This document shows, one piece after another, positions 1 through 14,543 of a DNA stretch of 64,000 nucleotides. Position numbers and translations under genes: made by a program. Within the stretch, counting starts at the first letter, position 1. Every line of letters starts with the position of its first letter. The notes under the pieces are model-generated. The model worked only from the letters and a program-made list of their open reading frames with translations, was not told the DNA's origin and made no database searches. Source of the DNA: the human T2T-CHM13v2.0 reference genome, Homo sapiens; assembly GCF_009914755.1 (NCBI RefSeq), contig NC_060943.1; one strand, written 5' to 3'.

Positions 1-1560
1 TTAAGATGGCAGTGCCCCCCAAATTGATCTACAGATTCAACACATTCCCTCTCAGAATCCCAGGAGGAGTTTTTGCAGAAATTGACAAGCTAATCCTGAA
101 ATTCATATGGAAACTCAGGGGACTCAGAATAGCTACAACAATCTTGAAAAAGAAGAGTAAAGTTGGAAGACTCACACTTTCCAATTACAAAACTTACTAC
201 AAAGCTATAGTAATCAGGACAGTGTGATACTAGCAGAAGAATTGACATAAACCCATGGAATAGAATTGAGAGAGAGAAATAAACCTGCACAAGAAATGGT
301 CAATTAATTTTCAACAAGGGTGTGAAGATAACTAAATGGAGAATTAATGGTGTTTTCAACAAATGGTGCAGGAATAACTGATACCGACATGCAAAAGAAT
401 GAAGTTGAGCCCCTTCCTCTCACTGTACACACTAACTCAAAGTGAATCACAGACCTAAGTGTAAGAGCTAAAACCAAAACTTTTAGAAGAAAACATAGTA
501 ATAACTCTTCCTGACCTTGGAGTAGCACAAACCTTAGATACAATACCAAAAGCACAAGTGACTTTTACAAAAACAGATTAATTGGACTTCATCAAAATTA
601 AAACTGTTGTACTCAAAAGTGTGCTATTAGGAAAGTAAAAAGACAACCCATAGAACGAGAGAGAATATTTGCAATCATATATCTGATCAGGAACTCCAGA
701 ATATATGAAGAACTCTTATAACTCTTTCAATGATAAAATAGCAAAGGATTTGGGTAGATATTTCTCCAGGTAAGATACATAAATGTCCAATAAACACAGG
801 AAAAGATGCTCAGCGTCATTAGCTATCAGAGAAATGCAAATCAAAACCACAAGCAGATACCACTTTACACCCACTTGGATGGCTAAAATTAAAAAACAGA
901 GACAAATGTCGCGGATGTGAAGAAATCAGAACTCTCATACATTGATGATGATGGGATTATAAGATGGTGTAGTCACTTTGAAAAACAGCATTTCCTCAGC
1001 ATTTCTTGATTTTAATATAGAGTTACCATATGATTTAGCAATCCCACTCCTAGATACATACCCAAGAGAAATGAAAACATATCCATGCAAAAATGTTTGT
1101 ATATGAATATTCATAGCAGTGTGATTCATAGCTACAAAGTGGAAACCACCCGAATGCCCATATCCCTTCCATAAACAGTGTAGTCCGGCTGTGCAATAAA
1201 TAGTGTTCAGCAATAAAAAAGAATGTTGATACATGGTGCAACATGGATGAAACTTGAGAACACCATGCTAAGTAAGAGAAGATAGCTAAAAAGACTGCAC
1301 TTTATTCCATTTCTGTGAAATGTCCAGAATATGCAAATCTGTAGAGAACAGTACATCAGTGGTTGCCAGAGCTGGGGGTAGGGGATGATGGAGAGTGATG
1401 GCTAGTGGATATGGGTTTCTTTCGAAGTGATGAGAATGTCATAAAATTAGACTGAGGTGAGAGTTGCACAACTCTATGAATATACCAAAAATCATGAAGC
1501 ACACTTTAAATGGGTGAATTTGATGGTATATGAATTATATCAACTAATAAAACTGCTAAG
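1..1560 (+). mobile_element. L1 (L1MB-like) 3' ORF2 and 3' UTR fragment
   Basis: ORF 6-227 is a degenerate L1 ORF2 (YRFN.IP..IP..FF.EIDKLILKFIWK); L1MB-type 3' end near 1350-1560. Confidence 0.9.
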
Positions 1561-1621
1561 AAGGAAAAACTCTTCCTTCTCTAACCAGTAATTGTACTCA
1601 GGGATTTATCCCTAAGGAAAT

Positions 1622-1715
1622 GTTTTTATTCATCAGTTCCTCCAATGTTTATTAAGTGCCGCTCTTCTAGTGTGTATTCTTTAAGGTGCTGGGGATACAG
1701 CAGTGAACAAAATAT
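1622..1715 (-). mobile_element. L2 3' fragment
   Basis: tttattaagtgcc...gtgctggggatacagcagtgaacaa matches the L2 3' end. Confidence 0.6.
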
Positions 1716-2515
1716 GTAACTAATCAGACAATTCGGTTAGGAATTCTGAGAATCAGACCTGAAAAAAATTTTTAAAGAGATGTTCACAATGTTAATAAAA
1801 AGCCAGAAACACCTAAATGGTCCAGTGGCAAACAAATTATGGCATATGGTGGAATGTTACATAACCATTTAAAATTTAAGTTTTCACAGAATAGTCACTG
1901 ATGTGAGAAAGTGATATGGTAGGATGTGAAGGATGTAAAATCCTGTATATGAAATACTATATACTGCTGTGAAATCAATATTATTTCTTTAGGTAATGGT
2001 GCTGGGTTTTGACTCAAGAGCCCACCTATTGATTGCTATTTCTTTTTTGTGTTTTTCTGAAGTGTCTAACTCTCCTAGAGTAAGATACATTATCTTTATG
2101 ATCCTAAAGATCATCAGCATCCATTTCCCTGAGTTCCCATTGACACTAAGCAAAAGCACTGAACTGCTGCAAGCCTCACTTTTCAATGCTTCTATCAATA
2201 GGTTTGTTTCCCTTGAGGTTAAGAGAACAAAACCATGGGGATAATCGGATTTGCTGCTAAATAAAACGTATTTTTCACTTGTCAGAATGAGTATGGCATT
2301 GTCTAATTTGAAAGAGAAGAAGAAAACTAACAGAATAAGTGTCCACTCTTTATTAGGGACTGCCTTTTTTTTCTTTGTGGCGTGTTTCGTGTATTCAAGT
2401 TAGTTGTGTTTTGCTTCTTTTGGTATCAACCTATCAATAAGTTTCATTACATCAAGAGTTAATCCTTAGTGCTCATTATGTGCCAGGCATTTCCTCCCCA
2501 CCCACGCCTCCCCAC

Positions 2516-2796
2516 TTTTTTTAGAGACCAGGTCTTGCTCTGTTGCCCAGGCTGGAATGGAGTGGAGCGATCATAGCTTACTGCAGCCTCAACCTCCTGG
2601 ACTCAAGTGATCCTCCCACCTCAGCCTCCTGAGTAGCTGGGACTACTTGCACCACTACACCTGGCTAGTGTTTTATTTTTGTAGAGACACGGTCTCGCTA
2701 TGTTGCCCAGGCTGGTCTTGAACTGGGCTCAAGCAATCCTTCTGTCTCAGCTTCCCAAGATGTTGGGATTACAGGCATTAGCCACCGTGCTTGGCC
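2516..2796 (-). mobile_element. Alu (AluJ-like), inserted into a MIR
   Basis: Dimeric Alu with poly-T at left; MIR-like flanks at ~2465-2490 and ~2800-2990. Confidence 0.9.
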
Positions 2797-3329
2797 ACCA
2801 GGCATTTTCATCCATTACCATGTCTGGTTCTTCTGTGAGACCCTACATCAACTCTGTGAGGAAGGTATCATCATCTCTTGTTCACGATGAACCATTTAGG
2901 TCACATAGCTGGTTTGCACCAGAATCGGAACTGCAGTACAGGTGCTGTTGGTGCCGGAGCTGATGTCATTGCCCAGTGTACTGTGCTGCCTGCTATGAAG
3001 CTGTGAGGTCAAAGAGGACAAGGTCATGCAGCAGGAGGGGTTTGCAGTCTAATCAGGGGATCTGGGCACACACTCACACAGACAAAGCAAGGAATGATAC
3101 AGTCCTAAAGTATAGAGTATGGAAAACTAGGAAATAACACAGTAAAGTACTTATTGGTGGTCATAAACAGTAACTGAAATCATTGAAAAGAAAACTGAAG
3201 ATTATAAATGGCCCTTGCCAATTCCCAGGAATAAATACATTCTGCTGTTGTTTACTTCCTCTACTTCATATCATCCCTCTTTACTTCCCCTTTAATTAAT
3301 GTTAGAAGATTTCTGTTATTAAAAGGTAA

Positions 3330-3676
<347 letters not shown>

Positions 3677-3814
3677 TAGATTGTGTTTCTTGAATCTACA
3701 TGTGTTTTCTGCATTATTTGTAAGCTGAGGTGTATCCACCTCATGACCAACATGTCGACATGTGATGATCTCTTGGTAAAATGTCTGTACTCATCTAATC
3801 TTTGGTTCTTGCAG

Positions 3815-3946
3815 GCGACATGGCTGTATGGAATACAGATAACAAGTTTACTCCTGGTCTGCATTCTTCAGTTTTTTAATTCCATGATTCTTGGATCACT
3901 GCTTATCAGTTTTAACCTTTCAGTATTCATTGCAAGAAAACTTCAG
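3815..3946 (+). CDS. DPY19L3: DPY19L3 coding exon (window exon 1): ATWLYGIQ...IARKLQ
   Basis: ttcttgcag|GCG ... CAG|gtagga; 132 nt, phase 0-0; hydrophobic TM-like peptide matching DPY19L3 as I recall it. Confidence 0.95.
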
Positions 3947-4962
3947 GTAGGACTTTTTTTTTGTCCTTTATCAAAGTAAACTTTTTTTTAATTGCGTGGT
4001 TTATTGAACCTTATTTTCACACAGCATACAAAGGGAAATTTACAACCTGATTTGCACTAAAAAGAGCACGTGGCATTGTGTGCTTTTTCTTGTGCATGTG
4101 GTAGCATTTCTGTTTCAAGCTTTCTGGGTCATCCTTTTATTTTGACAGTTATTTCTTAGAGAATTGGAACCTTACCTTCAATGTGGGGATCAGCCAAAGA
4201 TGCTTGGTTGAATGCCACTGATTTAAAATTGAAGTAAAAGAGAAAAGTTATTAATTTTTATGTGTGTGAACTCAGGAGCGAGAAGAGTCTCCTGCTTGTG
4301 TTGGGAGCGTGTTCATTACAGTCCTTCACGTTGGTGGATACCCTGTTATTTGATGTAGTAATGCTACTCTTTTCCCCATCCTTCCATACCATACTAGTTA
4401 TTTTTAGGTGAATTAAAATTAACTGTTTTGAGAATTTTGAGAATCCAAATAAATAACTTTAGAAATAATGGGACATTTCCTAGGGTATTGTCAAATCATG
4501 TTTGAAAACAATGACTTGCTCTTTTAGCTTTATTTATATAATTAAATTTCTTATATTTACATAAGATATGAGTCATTTGTTTTTGCTTAAAATTACAACA
4601 TCCTGTTTCACATATGCTAGAAACTTCCGTGTCAAGAAGCCATTTTGTTTTCCACTTTTAGAAGAAGAAATCATTTTTCTTATTAGTCTTTTGAGTGAGA
4701 ATTGTTATGGACAAAGGTTTTTAGTTGACTATCAAAAACAACAGTTCACAGTCATCCTTTTAACCTTAATTATAAATATTACTCGTATTTGAACTGTTAA
4801 GATATTATTATATTTAACAATGTATAAAATTATCAAGATTATAAGAAAACTATTATATGTCAAAAGGCACAATGTACTTCTTTTTACACCCATAAGTCTT
4901 TTATGTAATTGACTTGTAACTATGCCCGTGGTGTAGGAATTAATGGATAAAAGATGTAACAG

Positions 4963-5263
4963 GGCCAGGCGTGGTGGCTCACACCTGTAATCCCAGCGCT
5001 TTGGGAGGCCAAGGCTGGCAGATCACGAGGTCAGGAAATTGAGACCATGCTGGCTAACATGGTGAAACCCTGTCTCTACTAAAAATACAAAAACTTAGCC
5101 GGGTGTTGTGGCAGGCGCCTGTAGTCCCAGCTACTCGGGAGGCTGAGGCAGGAGAATGGCATGAACCCAGGAGGCGGAGCTTGCAGTGAGCGGAGATTGC
5201 TCTGCTGCCCTCCAGCCTGGGCAGCAGAGTGAGACTCCGTCTCAAAAGAAAAAGAAAAAAAGA
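4963..5263 (+). mobile_element. Alu (AluSc/Y-like)
   Basis: Full length; TSD aaaagatgtaacag. Confidence 0.95.
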
Positions 5264-5608
5264 AAAAGATGTAACAGTTTGTTCAGTCAGCGTATCCTGA
5301 GTACCTTCCAAATGGCAGACCCCAATCCTCCTGTTTCTAAGGTCTGAAAAAATAATTAGGAAAAAAAAGACTAGGACACATTTCCTCATCGTATGAAGCT
5401 CATTATTAAGTGATTCATTTACTACTAGAAAATCACAAATATTAAGACAGTGTAACCTCATGAAAATGAGTAGGTTGTATTTTCCACATATATTTTCCCT
5501 TTATGTTATATGAGCCAGTGTTTTTAAATCCTTAAGTAAGCTCATCTTCAGTGTTTATGAAGTTATATTAAAACTTAAGAATTAAAACATAACTCTTTTA
5601 ATTTCTAG

Positions 5609-5710
5609 AAAAATCTGAAAACTGGAAGCTTCCTTAATAGGCTTGGGAAACTTTTGTTACATTTATTTATGGTTTTATGTTTGACACTTTTTCTCAACAA
5701 CATAATTAAG
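5609..5710 (+). CDS. DPY19L3: DPY19L3 coding exon 2: KNLKTGSFLNRLGKLLLHLFMVLCLTLFLNNIIK
   Basis: tttctag|AAA ... AAG|gtaagt; 102 nt, in frame with exon 1. Confidence 0.95.
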
Positions 5711-5809
5711 GTAAGTTAATAAAAATGACATGTTTAATGTATTTTTAATTAACTTATGGCATTGGAGATAATTTTTGAAACTTTCTTTTTCTTTTTTAAT
5801 AAACTAATT

Positions 5810-5928
5810 GTTTTAGAGACAGGGTCTTGCCGTTTCCTAGGCTGGCCTTGAACACCTGGTCTCAGATGGCCCTCCCACCTTAGCCTCCCAAGTTGCCGGG
5901 ACTACAAGTGTGCACCACCACACCTGGC
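5810..5928 (-). mobile_element. Alu monomer (FLAM-like)
   Basis: Single Alu arm; flanked by tttgaaacttt repeats. Confidence 0.8.
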
Positions 5929-6747
5929 TTCTTTGAAACTTTTAATTTTAAATAAATTCTTGCTTTATAAAGTGTATTAACGTGACTCAAGAGTTACCAG
6001 TTTTACTTCAAACAGGCTCAGTTTTAACTTTGTCTTAGTAGCAAGGATTATTTTGTTGATTTTAGTCATTAATTTCTATGTACTCTTATGTCCCACCTTG
6101 AACTTACTCACCTTTTGTTATGAAACTTTTAAAAGCTTAACTTAAAAAGCATTAAACAAATAATTTCTCTAAATTTAAAATTTTTATTTTTAGTACCGTA
6201 ATATACACGTAGCTTTCTGTACTGTGGTACTTAAAAAAAAAAGACATGATTTTTAATTGAGTTCAGTTAATAAGTAAAGTGGCCTTACTATCTACTTTCT
6301 GCTGGAAAGAAGAGTTGAGCTCATTTTTCCCAACATTTAACTGACTTATATGCAACAGGCCTAACAGAACAACTCATTTGGTAACGTAGGCATCCATTGG
6401 TTTTATGTCCAGTAGGTGCTTTGCTAAGATTTTTACAATGCCCCAGGGGCTCTGCTTAGTTTAACATGCTTTTTAAATGTTTTTATTGGCGTTTTAATTT
6501 TTTTTCAGGGTAGGCTTTATTAAAGGTATAATTCTTGGACCTTGATATCCCATTTGTTTTTATGCTAGAGCAAAACTACATTGATATCTTCAGATACTTT
6601 TGCCTGTCCTAGAAGGTTGGTCTCAGGATAGGAGGCATCTGCAAAACAGGCTCCTTCTCCACAAGAGAACTGTGGTCCTTGTTCACGTCTGTTGACTATC
6701 AAAGAAAAAAAAGACTCTTCACTCAGCCAGTCACTATGTCACTATGT

Positions 6748-7035
6748 TCTTTTTTTTTTTTTTTTTTTTTGGACAGGGTCTCACCCAGACTGGAATGCAC
6801 TGGTGTGGTCATGGCTCACTGCAGCCTCGATCTCCTGGATTTAGGTGATCCTCCCACCTCAGCCTCCTGAGTAGCTAGGACTATGTGTGTATACCACCAC
6901 ACCGGCTAATTTTTGTATTTTTTGTAGAGACAAGGTTTTGCTGTGTTGCCCAGGCTGGTCTTAAACTCCTAGGCTCAAGCAGTCCACCTGCCTTGGCCTC
7001 CCAAAGGATTGTAGGCGTGAACCACCATGCCCAGC
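6748..7035 (-). mobile_element. Alu (AluJ-like)
   Basis: Poly-T then dimer; TSD-like gtca(c/g)tatgttctt. Confidence 0.9.
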
Positions 7036-7102
7036 TGTCAGTATGTTCTTAAACTCCATACAGTCAAGTACTTATCAATAATTTATTTTTAAATTTCTAA
7101 AT

Positions 7103-7401
7103 TTTTTTTGCTTTTTTTTTTTGAGACAGGATCTCACTGTGCCACCCAGGCTGGAGTACAGTGGCACGATCTTGGCTCACGGCAGTCTTGACCTCCTGGG
7201 CTCAAGCAATCCTTCCACTTCAGCCTGAGTAGCTGGGACTACAGGTGTGTGCCACCGCCCCTGGCTAATTTTCACAATTTTTGTAGAGATGGGATCTTGT
7301 CATGTTGCCCAGGCTGGTCTCAAACACCTGGGCTCAAGGTATGCTCCCACTTCAGCCTCCCACAGTGCTAGGATTACAGACACGAGCTGCTGCACTCAGC
7401 C
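7103..7401 (-). mobile_element. Alu (AluJ-like)
   Basis: Dimeric Alu with poly-T at left. Confidence 0.9.
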
Positions 7402-7419
7402 AAAAGCTTTTTTTGAGTT

Positions 7420-7535
7420 GATGAATACCCCATTTATCCTGATGGAATTATTACACACTATATGCCTGTGTCAGAATATCTCATATACTCCATAAATATA
7501 TACACCTATATGCCCACAAAAATTAAAAATTAAAA
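7420..7535 (+). mobile_element. L1MA-like 3' end fragment
   Basis: gatgaataccccattt...cccacaaaaattaaaaattaaaa. Confidence 0.75.
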
Positions 7536-7546
7536 AGCCTATTCAA

Positions 7547-7672
7547 AGCCAGGTGTGGTGGCTTATGCCTGTAATCGCAGCATTTTGGGAGGCTGAGGTG
7601 GGAGGATCGCCTGAGGCTAGGAGTTCAAAACCATCCTGGGAAATGTAGCAAAATCTAAACTCTACTAAAAAA
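7547..7672 (+). mobile_element. Alu monomer (FLAM-like)
   Basis: Left arm only, ending in an A-rich tail. Confidence 0.8.
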
Positions 7673-8768
7673 ATTTTTTTCAAAACTTGAGTGGAGCAGC
7701 CAACATTTCTGGAAGAGTGGCCAAAGATACACAGTTCTTGCATTGGCCCACTCTACACATTCAGTGACCTGTTCTTGGATTAAACCAGTAAAGAGCTGCA
7801 TCCCTGGACCACCATTTTTTGACTCCCCGAAGAATAACATCTGTTGAATTGCATTTGATGTTTTGCCAGTGACCTACAACAAGAGGAAGTAGAGAAAATT
7901 TTCCTTGAAAGTCCTTGCTGTTTTTGCTTTACCCATGGGAAAAAATTATTTTGAGTCTCAGTTCTAGGACTGTTAAGATCTCTTCCGAGCAACTGTTTTG
8001 TTTTACTCTTATAAACCCGTGAGTAACATAAATATGTTGACCTCCCTGTTTGCATTTGCTGCTGGAATGCAAAAGACCAGATTTGTGGCTCATCTCTAAT
8101 GAATATATTGTGTGTACTGAACTCAATTTTAGCTTCATCTTTTCTCCCTGTCTTCATTTTTCTTCTAATAAATTTTTTCACCATTTATGTTATTATATAT
8201 GGATTTTTAAGCCACAAATTTAAAATAGAATTATATGAGTTAAAATTGTAATCACTAATGATGAACACTCATATTTGTCTGTCCACCCCTTCAGGGTTAC
8301 AACTGTCTTGAATTGTCTTTGAGTGAATAAGTCTTGGATCAATTGTATCCACAGACCAAAAGCCCCAAAGCCAGACAGGCTTTGTGGGCGGTGTATCTAT
8401 TTGAGGTTTCAGATCATCGTCTTGTCAGTTTTCTGGTCTGAAAACTTATGCACACTATGCCTCAGCCTTCTCCCTCTCCCTGAAACCAAAAAATCTCATC
8501 TTTTACCTATTTTGCATATTTAACTTATGTATAAGATGTTTTTTGAATAAAGGATTATGCTAAAAAGGGGAGTGGGGTTTGGAAGGAGTTTGGAAGTCCC
8601 TGCTTTGGAATTCCTCAGTTCTGAGAACTACTGTGAACATTTACTGATTTTTGTACACCCACACGCTCCTGTGAAATTGGACACTGAATATGTAAATTCA
8701 ATGGGAAGTTATCAGGAAACCGTGCCTAAAGGACTAATAGCAATTTTTGTTTTCTCTTTCCCCGATAG

Positions 8769-8842
8769 AAAATTCTTAACCTGAAGTCAGATGAACACAT
8801 ATTTAAATTTCTGAAGGCAAAATTTGGGCTTGGAGCAACAAG
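8769..8842 (+). CDS. DPY19L3: DPY19L3 coding exon 3: KILNLKSDEHIFKFLKAKFGLGAT(R)
   Basis: ccccgatag|AAA ... AG|gtataa; 74 nt, phase 0-2; D-x-HIF..LK.KF segment typical of Dpy-19. Confidence 0.95.
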
Positions 8843-9019
8843 GTATAACTGAATTGAAAGTCTATGTTTGCTATTTTCTATTGAATCAGCAGGGACTTTA
8901 AAACTTAAGTTGTCATTGTGCCTTCAACTATTAATTGCAGACTCCCTCTGAGGAAAGATGCAATGTCATTTCTTTGTCTTATATTGAATTTAATACTTTG
9001 CTTTCCATTTGTTCCCTAG

Positions 9020-9178
9020 GGATTTTGATGCAAATCTCTATCTGTGTGAAGAAGCTTTTGGCCTCCTGCCTTTTAATACATTTGGAAGGCTTTCAGATAC
9101 TCTGCTTTTTTATGCTTACATATTCGTTCTGTCCATCACAGTGATTGTAGCATTCGTTGTTGCCTTTCATAATCTCAG
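9020..9178 (+). CDS. DPY19L3: DPY19L3 coding exon 4: DFDANLYLCEEAF...VAFHNL(S)
   Basis: ttccctag|G ... AG|gtatgg; 159 nt, phase 2-2; conserved DFD..LY.C motif. Confidence 0.96.
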
Positions 9179-9369
9179 GTATGGTATATTTCAGAAATCT
9201 AATGCTCTCCTTTAATGAACTTGTTCCATGTTGCAGAAAAATTGCAAAGTTGAAAGTCAGAATATCAGACACAAGTAATAGTATTCATCTTAAAGGGGGA
9301 ACATACCTCGTTTAGAGTGGACTACACTCCCAGTAGTTAGGAGACAACAGAGTAATGATCAGATTGCAT

Positions 9370-9600
9370 GCGGTCTGGGCTTAAGTCTTGGCCTGCACAC
9401 TTGGGAACAAAGTGACTCTTGAGCCAGTTACATAACCTTTTGATATGTCCATTTCCTTATCTTTAGAATGGGAAGACTAAGAGTACTTACTCTACAGGAT
9501 ATTTGAGAAATAAGTAAAAACAACATAAAGCACTTAAAATAGTGTCTGGTGCCTAGACTTCGGCAGGTACAAGCCATCGTGAACTGGTTTCATTATCACT
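9370..9600 (+). mobile_element. MIR
   Basis: Core: cttgagccagttacataacctt...tttccttatctttagaatgggaagactaa. Confidence 0.6.
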
Positions 9601-10526
9601 GTTGACTCATAAGCCTCTGTTGTGTTTCCATTATTAGCATCCTGTGTTTTTCTCCCTTCCTCCTCTAGCTGCTTTTTTGTATTGCTCTTGAAATGTAAGA
9701 GTTAATTAATTATTGCTCATTTGTTTTCTTGCATCTTGCTTCAGGGCTCATAATGTTGGAGTGGACCATAATTATTAGTATCTACTAAAAGTTTTGAGTA
9801 ATAACTGCCAATTTTAAAAAACTAAGTATATCTACCAATCTACTGAAAGAAAAAAATCAGGAGTATGAAGGCTTTTTAAAAACTTGTAAGAATATCTACC
9901 CATCAAGCTGCTGGGGGGGTTTGCATTGACTCTTCGTGTTAAACTGAAAGAAAATTAAGTGTAAGAAGTTGAAGCTGCTGTCATTTGTGAAAACTTAATG
10001 AAGCTCACGAGGAAGCCCTTTTTCTGTAGTTACCTTGCCAATTAATGTGCTGGTGAACTGTGATTCACAGCCACGAGAGAGCTGTCATTAAAATGAGTCC
10101 AGAGCAGTTGAGAGGTTTTATGATCATTAAGAATGAAACAACATTGAACCATGAAAATATTTCATTGAACATAAACTATTTTACTATCCTTGAGAAGTGT
10201 TCTTTTTCATACCTAACCCAAGATAAAATTTAGCCCTGTGAAAATAGATGGAAATTATTCTGGACAGTGTGATTTAATATCATTCCAGACATAGCAAGTG
10301 TCAACAGGACTCTGGACTGCATACAAAGCAGGAAGTTCAGTGGGCCTGCAGTATCTTCCTGAAAATGTCTGCCATGCTCTGTGTGAATCTATGAGCCATC
10401 TCTGGAGGCTGATTGGGTATATGATCATAGATAAAAGATTTTAGAGCATCTTCATCTGCCAGATAGGGATATTAGGACTTTATTAGAGGAAAAGCACTAC
10501 ATGAAAGTAATTAAAGAATCATAGTC

Positions 10527-11415
10527 CAGTCATGTCACTTAACAAGGGGGATATGTTCTGAGAAATGCATATTAGGCGATTTTATCATTGTGCGAATATC
10601 ATACAGTATACTTACACAAACATAGATAGTATGGCCTACTACACACCTAGGTTATGTGGTATAACCTACTGCATCTAGGCTGCAAACCTGGACAGCAAGT
10701 TACTATGTTTAATACTGTAGGCAGTTGTAACACAATGGTAAGTATTTGTGTAACTAAATATATCTAAACATAGAATAGGTACAGTAAAAATATAAAGGCC
10801 AGGTATGGTGGGCCTGTAATCCCAGTGCTTTGGGAGGTTGAGAAGGATTGCTTAAGGCTAGGAGTTCTAGACCAGCCTGGGCAACATAGCAAGACCGCAT
10901 CTCTACGGAAAAAAAAAAGAAAAAGAAAAATTAGCCAGGCACGATGGTGCAAACCTGTAGTGCTAACAAGTCGGGAGGCTAAGGCGGGAGGATCACTTGA
11001 GCCCAGGCGTTTGAGGTTTCAGTGAACTATAATTGCACCATTGCACTCTACCCTGGGTAACAGAGTGAGACCCTATCTCTATTTTTAAAAAATACTGTAA
11101 TAAAAGATTAAACATTGTATACCTATATAGGGCAGTTTTCATAAATGGAGCTTGCAGGACTGGAAGTTTTTCTGTGTGAGCCTGTGAGTGAATGTGAAGG
11201 CCTAGGATGTTACCATACACTATTGTAGACTTTATAAACACTGTGCACTTAGGCTACAGTAAATCTATTTAAAAAACAAAGTGATTGTGCTATGACCTTA
11301 TAATGGCTATGATGTCACTAGGCAATAGGAATTTTTCAGCTCCATTATAATCTTACGAATCCACTGTGGTATGTGCGATCTGTTGTTGGCCAAAATGTTA
11401 TGTGGCACGTGACTG
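10527..11415. mobile_element. Tigger3/MER7-type DNA transposon, interrupted by an Alu
   Basis: Termini cagtcatg... and ...cacgtgactg; internal sequence typical of Tigger3. Confidence 0.8.
10797..11093 (+). mobile_element. Alu (AluJ-like) nested in Tigger3
   Basis: Dimeric Alu splitting the transposon. Confidence 0.9.
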
Positions 11416-11504
11416 TCTAAATGTGAATTAACTTTTAAATAAGGGCCTTTTGTCAGTGCCAAGTATTTAAAGTATTTCTACCTTTTTAGTACTAGGAAGG
11501 ATGA

Positions 11505-11839
<335 letters not shown>

Positions 11840-12594
11840 AGATACTATGACTTTTATGTAGACATCTGCATTAGTGTGAGGGGTACATCTGAAAGGGGCA
11901 TGGTGTTCCCTGCCTCAGCCTCCCAAAGTGTTGGGATGACAGGCATGAGCCACTGCACCCTGCCAGATACTATGACTTTTATGTAGACATCTGCATTAGT
12001 GTGAGGGGTACATCTGAAAGGGGCATGGTGTTCTGTGTTCATGGAATTAATCAGAGCCTTCCAGCTTGGCTGGGCTATGGGGGAGGTACTGCAGACTTCT
12101 CTTAGGTATCTAGAGAGGATAAGAGCAGATACTCCCCTTGTCTGTTTTATTTTTATTTACTTTTCACACCTTGCCCTGTTGATGGATATTCTTATTTGGA
12201 GTATCCTTTTTGTACCAATATAGAAACCAGTGTTTGGGTTGTAATATTTACTTTTAAGTAAAGATTCCAATTGTGAATTACCAATGGTGAGAACTGCCTT
12301 AGAGTATCCTTTTAATTTTCGTATGTATTTATGGTAGGAAAAAAAGGATTTCTGGGAAATAAAAAAAGTCTCTAGTTACATAGAGAAGCATCGTATGTGC
12401 CCAGTTCTATTGGGTGTGTATGAAGGGATCAGTAGACCTTCATGAAAGTTTCATCTTTAACTAGTAGCCTTTACTGTTGTTTTCTTTTCCCCTCGACAAC
12501 AAATTGTGCAACATCTAAAGTCACTGATCAGTCTTAACATCACTGAAGTGGAGACAGCCAGGCAGTGTGTGCTTCCCGGTGTAATGTGATGTGG

Positions 12595-13157
12595 AATAGA
12601 GCCGTCCTGTTTTCTGTGGAAATATGTTTCAAGTCCCTCAGTGGATGCCTGAAACCTCGGATGGTTTCACACCCTTTCTATACTATGTTTTTTTCCTATA
12701 CATATATCCCTGTGATAAAGTTTAATTTATAAATTAATCATGGTAAGAGAATAACAATAATAATAAAATACAACAATTATAGCAACATGCCAGCATCACT
12801 TCTCTTGCACTTTGGGGCCTTAGTTATGTAAGATAAGGGCTGTTTGAACACAAACAATACAGGGACATTTAAATGTATCTTACTTTATTAGTAGTTTAGT
12901 AGCTGAATGTATCTGCTTGTCTGTCTCGGGTAGGTGGGTAGACTATACAGCGTGGAAACACAGGACCAAGGGGTGATGATCTGAGTCTCAGGTGGGACAG
13001 ACAGGGATGGAGAGATTTCATCATGCAACACAGAATAGCATGTAATTCAAAACTATGAATGGTTTATTTCTGGAATTTTCAATTTAATATTTTCGGACAG
13101 CAGTTTCCTCAATAACAAACCACTGAAAGTGAATCCACCGATAAGAGGGGACTACTG
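12595..13157 (-). mobile_element. MER44-like (Tigger family) DNA element
   Basis: Terminus gataagagggg-actactg; internal tttatttctggaattttc...aatattttcggac. Confidence 0.7.
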
Positions 13158-13169
13158 TGCATCATAACC

Positions 13170-13720
13170 CCGTGAAGTGTTCTTGCCAAAAAAATGAACT
13201 TGTGTCTGATAAACCTCTAGATCTAATTACAAGTTTACAAGAAGCATGAAACGTATAACCACCACTGTGAGCCACACCTGGGAGACGGGAACAGCTTCAG
13301 GACATATGTTCTCTATTCTTCCACAAACAAATGGCCTGTTTTTTAAAAAAAGGAGATACTTTTATAGATCAAAAGATATTTAAAGATATATATTAGTGAA
13401 ATGCAACATGCAGTTCTTAGATCCTGATTCAGAGAAACCTGAAAAAAGCAATTGATGCAAACAGGGAAAATAGAACATGAACTAGGTATTAGATGATGTT
13501 AAGGAATTATTGTTACTTTTATTGGGTGTAATAATTTTAATGTAGCCGTATTTGGTAAAAGTCATCTTTTGGATATCAGGAGGTATTGGTAGGTTAAAAA
13601 TGTGATTTTTGAGGGGTCATAAAGGAACTGAATTCCAAGTTAATGGATGTGTGTTTTGCTTTTGCTTATTTGTAAAAATTTGAAAAATACTCATAATAAC
13701 TGGTAAAACATCTTTTAAAA
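13170..13720 (+). mobile_element. Old L1 (L1MC-like) 3' UTR fragment
   Basis: cctctagatctaattacaagtttacaaga; tattagatgatgttaaggaattattgtta. Confidence 0.55.
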
Positions 13721-14040
13721 ATCTCTTTCAATTTCAGCAATTCCAAAAAATTTGAGTTTTTTTTTTTTGCATTCTCTTTTAATTTAAAGAATTGAAGCAC
13801 TTTAAATTTTTACTTCAAAGCTGCTGTGAAATTTCAGTTTTTCTCATTATTAATGCATTTATATTGTTACACTTTAGCCTCATAAATTCAAAATTGATCA
13901 ATGCGAATTCATTTCATCTTATGGAAATAATCAATTTCTGAATACATAAAGGCATACATTTCTTGTATCTTCTTCTTTTACAAAGATCTAACTAAAATTA
14001 TGTTTCCAGCTTAAATTTTGTATGTTGCTGTTTTACTCAG

Positions 14041-14163
14041 TGATTCTACAAATCAACAATCCGTGGGTAAAATGGAAAAAGGCACAGTTGACCTGAAACC
14101 AGAAACTGCCTACAACTTAATACATACCATTCTGTTTGGATTCTTGGCATTGAGTACAATGAG
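14041..14163 (+). CDS. DPY19L3: DPY19L3 coding exon 5: DSTNQQSVG...LALSTM(R)
   Basis: ttttactcag|T ... AG|gtattt; 123 nt, phase 2-2. Confidence 0.95.
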
Positions 14164-14543
14164 GTATTTTTGTCTTACCTGTTTGTTTACTTTTTATTTG
14201 ATCACTCTTGATGTTACTTAGCAATATAATTTGGAAAGTGACAATCATCTTCATTAATGATCATGGTTCCCATAAAATCATCCTTATATCCTATCTTCTC
14301 TCAGTATAAAATACTCAACATCAGTTTTTACAATTAATTACAAACACGCCTCTATGTTTTACTCAAAGCATAGTCTTGAAAAGGCAGTGGAGTTAAACAA
14401 CGAACCCTTCGGCAAATGGCATCTGCATAGTTTTAAGTAAGATTTTGCCGTCATAGACTGTAAAGCTGCCTTTATAGGTGTCTCAGAATCCAGATTTATA
14501 TACAACTAGTACTTCTGACTTGCGCCTGTGTCTGTTCTTGCAG

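Noticed and set aside
6-227. L1 ORF2-like ORFs (also 56025-56222)
   Set aside because: Frameshifted fragments of dead L1 copies.
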